Below are positions 47,217-55,335 of a stretch of 64,000 nt of DNA, piece after piece. This stretch comes from a virus: positions 31,572-95,571 of IMG/VR virus record IMGVR_UViG_3300037470_001039. One strand, given 5' to 3'. Position 1 is the stretch's first letter; the number at the start of each line of letters is the position of its first letter. The notes under the pieces are model-generated. The model saw only the letters and a program-made list of their open reading frames with translations. It was not told the DNA's origin and searched no databases. Made by a program: the position numbers and the translations under genes.

Positions 47217-47827
47217 CGCGGTAGCCCGTCCATAGGTTCCTCTCTCCGTGGGGTGGGAATCCGCGATTTCGGTGAACGCGGCCGTCGCTGTGCTCTCGTG
47301 TAGGTCGGAGCCAGCAGTCGTCGGGCCCGAGCCTGAGGATCCGTGCCCCGAGGTGTCGTGCCCGGTTCCCGAGGTGTAGCAGGTCGTCGACTCGCTTGAG
47401 TACCGGAAGGCCAAGTACCACGTCCTGACGATCAGGAACGCGCGTCTCAAGGAAATGGACGAGTGCGAGGCGAAGGGGAACAGCTACGTGGACTGTCCGC
47501 ACTAGGTCTTCGGTTACCTGTTTTTGGACGGCACGCTTACTCCGTGAGCCGGTAGGTCGCTCGCGGACGGCAGCGCCACATGATCTCGCGCTGCAGGTGG
47601 CGCCGGCTTTGTCGGTCGAAGCACACGGGGCACGGAGTCGAGCGCCCCGCGTAGAGGTGGATGACGAGCTCGTCCTTGCACCGCTAGTATGGGGGTTTGG
47701 GGATCTCGAACTGCCTGTCTTCTTCGTTCATGGTCCCGGAAAGATTCGACCCCGGGCGTTGCTCTTGAGCGCCGCCCGGGGTCGTGAAAAGTTGATCGAC
47801 GCCGAGTGAATCACCTTTGCGTTTTGA

Positions 47828-47938
47828 AACGCCAGATTTATATGTCTGGTGGCTTTACCAATTTGCCTACCTGCCCGCAGTGGAGGGCAGGGTTGGACTC
47901 GAACCAACAAGTGCTTGTGAGGTAGTTCTGCGGGCGTC
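47828..47938 (-). ncRNA. circularly permuted tRNA-like RNA (YrlA/Y RNA-like topology)
   Basis: T-arm and 3' acceptor strand CCTGCCC precede an 8-nt loop, then GGGCAGG and a D-arm. Confidence 0.6.
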
Positions 47939-47982
47939 GATCGAAAAGTTAAGAGGCAGCCGAGTAGAGAGGCTGGTTTTGT

Positions 47983-48054
47983 TGCAAGGACTGGATTCAA
48001 ACCAGTGACCTTCGGCTTGCGATGCCGACGCTCAACCAACTGAGCTGTCTTTGC
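47983..48054 (-). tRNA. degenerate tRNA, CGC (Ala) anticodon
   Basis: D, anticodon (AT-CGC-AA) and T stems pair. The T-loop is TTTGAAT and the acceptor stem is imperfect. Confidence 0.5.
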
Positions 48055-48282
48055 TTGTGAGCCTGACCGTGGAGTTGAACCAGGATTGCGTGTGGACCTT
48101 CAACGATTGCTCCTGTGAAGGAGCGAGTGGTGTGGTGGGTTTGTACCCATTTATCGTCGGGTCCGCCAGATTGTGAAGGGTAGTTCCGAGTACGCGGTCT
48201 GGGAGGGCTTCCAAGGTCCCGGTCACTCTCGGACCGGGGTTGTGCTTGTGAGACCGCGCTGGTGGAACAGCCTTGGAATGGG

Positions 48283-48310
48283 ACGATACTGAATTCCAGA
48301 TGAACGTCAA
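48283..48310 (-). promoter_or_regulatory. sigma70-like promoter for the ncRNA region
   Basis: TTGACG-16 nt-TATCGT. Confidence 0.5.
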
Positions 48311-48319
48311 GAATTTTCT

Positions 48320-48553
48320 TCAATAAATTTTAGGCGCTGAGGGCGCACGAAAACCCGGTATATAGTCGGGGAACCTCTCATGACGGGTTGCAGGGTCCAG
48401 ACGTTCAGGTATTTTGCGGCTTTCGGCGATGATTTCGTAGTAGCTGCCGCATTCAGGGCACTCGAACAGATCGGACTGCCGTTCCGAGTTCGTGGCCAGG
48501 ATGCCCCTGTACCTGTAGAGGTGCAGAGGGTACTTGCACGTATGGCATTCCAT
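48320..48553 (-). CDS. putative Rhs immunity protein (zinc ribbon)
   Basis: TGATG-coupled to the Rhs stop. CHTC...CPECG, 77 aa. Confidence 0.6.
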   Translation of the reverse strand: MECHTCKYPLHLYRYRGILATNSERQSDLFECPECGSYYEIIAESRKIPERLDPATRHERFPDYIPGFRAPSAPKIY

Positions 48554-51500
48554 CAGAACTTCCGGATAGGGATCCATGTCCCGTCGTCATCCACTTCAAA
48601 CAGAACCGACCCTGGAGGCATTGGATTCCCTCCAGGGGTGACAACCTCTCGAGTGGGATTCATCAGGTATGTGTCACCAGGCAAACGCACAGCGGTGTGC
48701 CCCCCCGGCAGGAAATTCGGGTTCCCATCCGCGTCAGGTTTAACAGGGAGACGGGTGGGTACGCTGGATGATGGCACGGATACCCCAAAGACGTGATCTC
48801 CATTTACAAAGGCATCCTTGACCGAAGGGGCCATGCCTGCATGCCGAGCGGCATCACCAGCGCTGACCACTTTACGAGCATCTTCGAGTGGCGTGAGCCA
48901 CGAGAGACCATTAGGGGCTCCAAGCAGAGCATCCGGTTTGTCAATGAATCGTAAAGATCCTCGGCCGAAGAAGGTAACGAGATAGTCGTCGGAGGTTAAT
49001 CCAAAGGGGTCGATTTCTCTGAGAGGATCACGGCAGTAGGCGTACAGGCGAACACCACCCATCAATCCGAAAGGATCGCGGCTGATGTACGATTGCGTGG
49101 TTGGATCATAGTAACGATGGCCGTTATAGTAGAGGTTGGTTTCTTCGTCGAAATATTGACCCGAGAACCCCCACGAAAATGGTTTGCTAGAAGCGTCGTT
49201 GCGTTGCTGCCAAAGTACCTGGGCATCCGAACCTACAACAAGCAATGGCTTGTCTACGTGGTCCGTGAAGATATTCTGTGCCCCAGAAGGGCTTAGTTTG
49301 GCGAAGGGGGTGTAGTGGCCGGGTTCAAACACCCACGTGTTGAGTGAATTTTGGTCACCACGAATGACGATTTCGTGAATCGGGTAGACCCCGGACCATT
49401 GCCACGTAACAACTCCTCCGCTCGTCTGTTTCTGCACCCGGCGCCCCAAGGCGTCGTAGAGAAACGAAACCTCTTCTCCGTCAGGTTTCGTGACCCGAGA
49501 GAGACGTCCCGCGGCACTCCAGTGGTAATGCCACTCGCGGCCATCAGGTTCTTGGCGCCGAACCAGATTGCCTTCGGCATCGTAGTGAAATAGGCGCTTC
49601 CCTTCTGGGATGTGCTCGACTAGCACATTTCCCGTATTGCCAAAAAACCGATCGGACAACTCCGGTGTGCAAAAGAGATTTCCGGCCTTGTCGGGGCAGC
49701 GATATTCCACATTACCATCGGGAAATGTGGTGGCCGTCAGATAGCCTCTACCATCATGTTGGTAGCGCAGGGTGCCGTGTCCCGAATCTTGGATCTCGTC
49801 AAGTTGCTTTGGAGAACTCCAATCATAGTGACGATTCCGAAGGAGAGTATCGTCGTGGAGGATTTGATGTTGAAGAGGAGTGCCTCCAACGTCTCGCCAC
49901 CAATGAGAGCAACTTCCTCCAGTAACACTTCGATCGATCTCACAACCGAGAGCGTCGCGACTCATCTGTGCTCGCCAAGACTGGTCATCCTGCTTGGCAA
50001 ACATGCTGGATACGTGGCCGTGGGTATCACGTGCAAAAGACTGGTGGGCCCCCAAAGAGGTTGCCAGTCCAGCTCGTAGCCCACGGTAGTCGTAGTGCGA
50101 GGAGATCCAGTGGTCGTCTCTCCCTTCTTTTAACACACGGCCGAACGCGTCGCGTTCGAACCTCACTGTGGTCGTCTCGTTGGTAGCCTCGAGCAACGCA
50201 CCTTCGAGATCGTAGGTGAAAAGTTCCGTGGTGCCGTCGTAGTGCTCCACCTTGATTGGGCGCCCCGAGGTGTCGTAGTCAAACGACGAAAAACGACCCC
50301 CACCAGGTCGTGATACCTTCAGAATACGACCCGCAGCATCGCGATCGTACCTTCTGGTAGTTCCATCGTAGGCAACTTCTTTCCGCACGCTGCCTACAGC
50401 ATCTCGATTAAATTGATAAGAAAACCCCTGCTCGTTAATGAATGCGATGAGGCGCTCTTCCGTGTCGTACTGGAAGAGAACATGACTCCCGGCACTCTTT
50501 TTCCAAGCAACGCGACCGAGACCTTGGTATCCTATCTGCACGTCGTACGTATTGTGACGGGCACGGATCACGTTGCCCTCGGCATCGTACGAAAATTCCC
50601 GAACTTCTCCTTCAGGGCTCCACACACGAACTACTTGTCCGAGGGCGTCGTACTGACGGTATCGGATGCCTCCTGCCGGATTGGTAGCCTCGATCATTTG
50701 CCCACGGGCGTCGTAACTCCAAGTCCTCCGAGTGTTGTCGGGATGGTTCATTTGCACGAGGTTTCCCGCATTGTCGTACTGGAAGTGCGTGCGTGCCCCA
50801 GCGGGATCCTCAAGGGTCACGAGGTGCCCGTGCTCGTAGGTGTATCGCGTACAGGCTCCGAGCGGATTCGTCTCGGATACCCGTCGCCCCCAGCGATCAT
50901 ACGCCCAGCGCCACACCGCCCCCATAGGTGTCGTCAGGGATACCGGGTTATCATGCTTGTCGTAGGCAACCTTCGTCACGCCACCACCCGGATCAATGAC
51001 GGAGGTCCGGTTGCTGCGGTCATCGTAGGTGTAACGGGTAGTATTGCCTACAGGGTCGATGGCCGACGTTTTTCGGGTCAGTCCATCGTACTCGAACTGG
51101 GTCACACCTCCACGAGCATCGACGATCTTCGTGACGGTGCCGTGCTCTCCCCACTCGTACACCGTGGCGTGGCCGAGCGAATCCTCCACGATCGTCCGTC
51201 GACCCTTGATGTCGTAGGTGATCTCGTGGTCGTGGATCTGCCCGTCGCCCCACGTTCGCTTGCAGCGGGCCAGCGGTCCCCAGCCGTCGTACACGAAGTA
51301 GAAGCTCAGTCCGTTGCGATCGGTCTCCTTGACCAGGTTGTGATGGTCGTAGGCAAATCGGATGGGCTTGCCCATCGCGTCCTGCGTTTCGACGAGGTCC
51401 CCCTGCGGCGAGTATAGAAAGCGCGCGTGCTGTCGCCAGCCTTCGCCATTGGCCGCCGGCAGCCAGATGTACTCGAGCCGACCGTCGCGATCGTGCTCGA

Positions 51501-52641
51501 ACTTGATCGACCGCCCGCCGCTGTCGACGACCTCGGCCAGGCGCGCGCGGTCGTCGTACCGCAGCGTGATGGCATCCCCTCCGCGGTTGCGGATCCGAGT
51601 GAGCCTGGCCATGCCGCGGTCGCGGTTCTCGGTCGTCTCTCCGCGAATCGGTCCGAACTCATGGATGAGACCGCCGGGTGCCTCCACCTCCCAGCGGAAC
51701 GCGCCGAGCGAGCGCAGGGTCAGGCGGCTGATCGGATCGAAGATCTCGTCACCCTCGCGCATCACGTGCTTGGGCAGCGCGAACGTGTCGAACTCCAGCT
51801 CGCGCCCGTCGTCGGTCAGGTACACGACGGTATCGGGTTCCATCCACAGGCGTTGATCGAGGCTGTGGGACCAGCCATATCCAAGCACCGAATCACGATC
51901 GCAGAAGCTCGAGCGGTAGCGACGGGAGAACGACAGCGGGATCGGTCCGGGCAGTTCGAAGTCCGACCACGTGGTGAACATGCTGCCGTTGACCACGTTG
52001 ACAGGGTGCCCCGTAACGAAACAGGCGGCACGATGGAGAAAGTCTCGGGCGCGCTTCCAGTTCTTGGGCACGAACCGCTCGATACCCGCGTGGGCCAGCT
52101 TGGACAGAGTCTTGGTGCGCAGCGCCCGGAAGCCCGCCGCGAACGCGACGGCAACCCAGTCCACCGCAGTGGGACCACCAACCATCACGTTGGCGGGGCC
52201 GCCCGAGGAGACGACGAACGACGTTGGCAGCCGCACCGGGTCGGAGCACGACAGCGCAGGATCCCCGAGCCGCACGGCCTTGCCGCCACGCATCTCCACG
52301 GTCTTGGACCCGAAGACTAGCAACGCGTCACCTGGTGGAGGCGCCGGTGGGAACCAACTCACGCCGGGAGGGATGAGGAGATGCCCTGTGGGCATCTTGG
52401 CTTCGTCCCCTGTGGCAGTGGCAATCTTACCGTTGATCAGGACGGGTCCCGTGGTCCGGGGCGTCTCCGTTGCCCAGGCCACCGTGGAGCTAATCATCTC
52501 ATCCACCACGAGCCCCACAGGGTCAAACACCACTCCGACGAACGGATGTGGGAATGGCACGGGTGCGGGAGAGGGAGGCACCACCTCGTAGTGGAGGTCT
52601 AGTCCCACGACAAGATCAAACCATGTGCTCGCTTGTGCCAT
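48553..52641 (-). CDS. rhs: Rhs/YD-repeat polymorphic toxin with PAAR-like N-terminus
   Basis: GHPVNVVNG (DUF6531-like), many YD repeats, GQYFDEETNLYYNGHRYYDP...DPFGL core end and a C-terminal toxin domain of about 147 aa. Confidence 0.92.
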   Translation of the reverse strand: MAQASTWFDLVVGLDLHYEVVPPSPAPVPFPHPFVGVVFDPVGLVVDEMISSTVAWATETPRTTGPVLINGKIATATGDEAKMPTGHLLIPPGVSWFPPAPPPGDALLVFGSKTVEMRGGKAVRLGDPALSCSDPVRLPTSFVVSSGGPANVMVGGPTAVDWVAVAFAAGFRALRTKTLSKLAHAGIERFVPKNWKRARDFLHRAACFVTGHPVNVVNGSMFTTWSDFELPGPIPLSFSRRYRSSFCDRDSVLGYGWSHSLDQRLWMEPDTVVYLTDDGRELEFDTFALPKHVMREGDEIFDPISRLTLRSLGAFRWEVEAPGGLIHEFGPIRGETTENRDRGMARLTRIRNRGGDAITLRYDDRARLAEVVDSGGRSIKFEHDRDGRLEYIWLPAANGEGWRQHARFLYSPQGDLVETQDAMGKPIRFAYDHHNLVKETDRNGLSFYFVYDGWGPLARCKRTWGDGQIHDHEITYDIKGRRTIVEDSLGHATVYEWGEHGTVTKIVDARGGVTQFEYDGLTRKTSAIDPVGNTTRYTYDDRSNRTSVIDPGGGVTKVAYDKHDNPVSLTTPMGAVWRWAYDRWGRRVSETNPLGACTRYTYEHGHLVTLEDPAGARTHFQYDNAGNLVQMNHPDNTRRTWSYDARGQMIEATNPAGGIRYRQYDALGQVVRVWSPEGEVREFSYDAEGNVIRARHNTYDVQIGYQGLGRVAWKKSAGSHVLFQYDTEERLIAFINEQGFSYQFNRDAVGSVRKEVAYDGTTRRYDRDAAGRILKVSRPGGGRFSSFDYDTSGRPIKVEHYDGTTELFTYDLEGALLEATNETTTVRFERDAFGRVLKEGRDDHWISSHYDYRGLRAGLATSLGAHQSFARDTHGHVSSMFAKQDDQSWRAQMSRDALGCEIDRSVTGGSCSHWWRDVGGTPLQHQILHDDTLLRNRHYDWSSPKQLDEIQDSGHGTLRYQHDGRGYLTATTFPDGNVEYRCPDKAGNLFCTPELSDRFFGNTGNVLVEHIPEGKRLFHYDAEGNLVRRQEPDGREWHYHWSAAGRLSRVTKPDGEEVSFLYDALGRRVQKQTSGGVVTWQWSGVYPIHEIVIRGDQNSLNTWVFEPGHYTPFAKLSPSGAQNIFTDHVDKPLLVVGSDAQVLWQQRNDASSKPFSWGFSGQYFDEETNLYYNGHRYYDPTTQSYISRDPFGLMGGVRLYAYCRDPLREIDPFGLTSDDYLVTFFGRGSLRFIDKPDALLGAPNGLSWLTPLEDARKVVSAGDAARHAGMAPSVKDAFVNGDHVFGVSVPSSSVPTRLPVKPDADGNPNFLPGGHTAVRLPGDTYLMNPTREVVTPGGNPMPPGSVLFEVDDDGTWIPIRKF

Positions 52642-52654
52642 TGTAGTTCTGCTT

Positions 52655-53956
52655 TCAGGATAGGGTCACCCAGAATGCCCAGATTGCGAAGCCAATCGTG
52701 ACTACCCCCGTGAGGAAGCCCATCAACGGCATTGCGGAGACTCTATGCTTCGGAGATTCTCCGAAACCATCCTTGGACTCCGTGATTCCGGTGTCGGTAA
52801 CCTCGACCCTCCATGTCCCTGATTCTTCAGCCGTAGACGGTGCGAGAGCGCGAGAAAGTACTTTGGGAGAAGACACCACCCAGGGGTGTATTGGGCGCCT
52901 ACGTGGTTGTGGAATATCTTGGGAGTCTTCCAAGATTCGCAGGGGAGTGGTCTGCGGCACCTCCTTTGCGCGTGGCAGGAAAACCTGTGTAACGGATTCC
53001 TCGAATCCCCCATTGAGAATAGCAGCGCGGACCATCCTCGTAGACCCCGACATATTAGCCTGCGTTCCGATCTGCGCACAAACCAATTGGCTCAAGGCCT
53101 TTTGCGCAGCTACGACGTCCCCCAGGACATCCAATGCCTCTGTCGAGGTCTGGATGCGGAACTCCATGTCTCGTTGGAGAAGCCCTCTGTGTAGGGCTCG
53201 AAGGTTAGGGGGTACTTCTGGACGCGTGAGTATGGGGGGGGCTTCCTCTGGTATTCTTTCCAAAAGCTCCACGGTGGTCAAGCAGTCCTCTCGGAAACGG
53301 CAGCCTTCGATCATTTCATGCAAAAGCGCCCCTACGGCGAACAGATCGGAGGCAGCTCGAACCTCTCCCGCCACCTGCTCGCGAGAAGCGTAACGAAGCT
53401 TTCCTGCGAAGTATTGCTGGGTCTCTTCGCTGCTCAGGAGCAACGCGACGCCAAAATCCATCAATTTCACTTCGCCGTGGCACGACAGCATTACATTGTG
53501 AGGGGAGATGTCACGGTGAATGATTGGGTGGGGCTGACCTCCAACCACCAAGGTGTGGGCGTGTTGCAACGCCCGAAGTAGGCAGTGCACGATGTAGCCG
53601 ATCACGTCATAGGACAGATACTTCCCGTCAGAGCGCATTGATTTACTCAACTTGAGTAAATCAAGACCATTGATCCACTCCATGGGGATGTACAGTCGAG
53701 AACCATCGGAAGTCCCTCCTGTTGGAAAGAGACGGCAGATATTCTGGTGGCTGAGCAGAAGCGCGAGTCTTTGCTCGTTCCTGAAAAGTTGGACTGAGGT
53801 GGGGTTAACGGCGTTGGGTAGCATCAATTTAACCGCGCAGGGCATCAGCATGTTGTCGTGGCCTGCCCACTGAGCACGGTAGACCTCGGCCATACCTCCC
53901 TTGCCGATCTTTTCCAGAAGGGTGTAAGAACCGATCTGGATAGGGACGTCAGACAT
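52655..53956 (-). CDS. Hanks-type Ser/Thr protein kinase with C-terminal TM helix
   Basis: IGKGGMAEVY, AVK, HRDISPHN, DFG and SDLFAVG motifs. Confidence 0.92.
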   Translation of the reverse strand: MSDVPIQIGSYTLLEKIGKGGMAEVYRAQWAGHDNMLMPCAVKLMLPNAVNPTSVQLFRNEQRLALLLSHQNICRLFPTGGTSDGSRLYIPMEWINGLDLLKLSKSMRSDGKYLSYDVIGYIVHCLLRALQHAHTLVVGGQPHPIIHRDISPHNVMLSCHGEVKLMDFGVALLLSSEETQQYFAGKLRYASREQVAGEVRAASDLFAVGALLHEMIEGCRFREDCLTTVELLERIPEEAPPILTRPEVPPNLRALHRGLLQRDMEFRIQTSTEALDVLGDVVAAQKALSQLVCAQIGTQANMSGSTRMVRAAILNGGFEESVTQVFLPRAKEVPQTTPLRILEDSQDIPQPRRRPIHPWVVSSPKVLSRALAPSTAEESGTWRVEVTDTGITESKDGFGESPKHRVSAMPLMGFLTGVVTIGFAIWAFWVTLS

Positions 53957-55334
53957 GTTTCACCGCCTTCCCTCGGATACCCTTCAAGTCTTCGGGGTCC
54001 CTGACGACAGTATGACCTTTCGACCTCTTCACAGGTACATGGTTGACACCCTCCAGCACGGCAGTCTCGGAAATCTCCTTTGAAGCAGATTCGCTCCACG
54101 CGTGCAGCGATGCCAATTCCGCTGGGGTCATGAGATCGGTGGCTTCTTCCTCGGGGACGACTGCCCGGTGCTTCGTCAAAAGGTTTTGACATTCTTGGAG
54201 GGTTCGTGATCCGTTGAGAGCGGGATCTGCTCGACCACAGATCATGGCGTGAGTCCAGAAAGCGATGGCATGGGACTTCATGCCAAGATCCAGGGCGATA
54301 TTCCCGGAGATCCGGCACGCTTCCGCAGTGAGCGATGGCGCCTCGGTCTTTGCTCGAGAGATGGCATTGGCGAGGACACTCAGGGCAGCGTGCTTGTTTT
54401 TGTAGACGAGATGAGAGGACCCGAGCGCGAGCGCGGCGACCAGGTACAGCGTAGTGTCCCCCTCGGCCGCAGTCAGAGCACGCTCGTAGCTGGAGAGGGC
54501 TTGGGTTTTGGTGCCAATATTCATGAGGTGGCTCCCCAACACAATCTCCGTCAACACCTTTTGAGGAAGGGATCCTTCACGCCGGGCTTTATCCCGTGCG
54601 GCACATAGATGCCGAATCGTCTCCGCCCCCTCTCTCTCCATCATTGCCGTGATGCTCAGAAGAGAAGGATCGTCCTCCTGGTTTGGTGGCGGTGCTAACC
54701 CTTTTCGAGGAGGGATAGAAATGTCGCCTTGAGCTCCCACGGGAAAAAACCTCATTGGAGGCGCGCTCTTGGGGCCTCCCTCCGACGAAGTTGGCACCAC
54801 GACTAAGGTGGGCACATCAAGACTTTGTCGGGTCTGCACTGGAGAAGCGACTGATTCCAAGAGGAGCCATCGCACTGAACGCAAGAGGGTGCTGTTGATG
54901 AAATGCTTCAACGCGCTTAACCACGGCAATTCAAGAGAATTGCTGTCCAGCGCAAGAGCGATCAGAATTTCGCATTCCCTATTTGGGCGCGCGTGGACGA
55001 GCTGGCCCAATTGCTCCGCAAAAAGCACAAGCCCCTCACCCACGGGCGCCTCAGGGAGAGGGGGCCACCCGTCAGAAACGGAAGTTTCTTGCCAGTTGAG
55101 ATACTTTTCACGAATAGAGTCTCGTCCTGAGACCCACGGATCACCACCTTGAGTTTGAAGTAGAAGGAGAGGGCCTCGGGCTTCGGGACGGCAAGATAGC
55201 ACTGTCACAATACGAAGCACACCTTTTTGAGCGAGGGCGGGGGCTTGAACATGGAGCAGCCGATATGTGGGGTCACGCAGAAAGCGTACCCCACTTACCT
55301 GTAGCACCACGAGGAAGTTTTTCAGGTCCTCCAT
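53949..55334 (-). CDS. hypothetical protein with TPR-like C-terminal half (possible effector adaptor)
   Basis: 461 aa, tightly coupled between vgrG and the kinase, with helical Ala/Leu repeats. Confidence 0.65.
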   Translation of the reverse strand: MEDLKNFLVVLQVSGVRFLRDPTYRLLHVQAPALAQKGVLRIVTVLSCRPEARGPLLLLQTQGGDPWVSGRDSIREKYLNWQETSVSDGWPPLPEAPVGEGLVLFAEQLGQLVHARPNRECEILIALALDSNSLELPWLSALKHFINSTLLRSVRWLLLESVASPVQTRQSLDVPTLVVVPTSSEGGPKSAPPMRFFPVGAQGDISIPPRKGLAPPPNQEDDPSLLSITAMMEREGAETIRHLCAARDKARREGSLPQKVLTEIVLGSHLMNIGTKTQALSSYERALTAAEGDTTLYLVAALALGSSHLVYKNKHAALSVLANAISRAKTEAPSLTAEACRISGNIALDLGMKSHAIAFWTHAMICGRADPALNGSRTLQECQNLLTKHRAVVPEEEATDLMTPAELASLHAWSESASKEISETAVLEGVNHVPVKRSKGHTVVRDPEDLKGIRGKAVKHV

Positions 55335-55335
55335 C

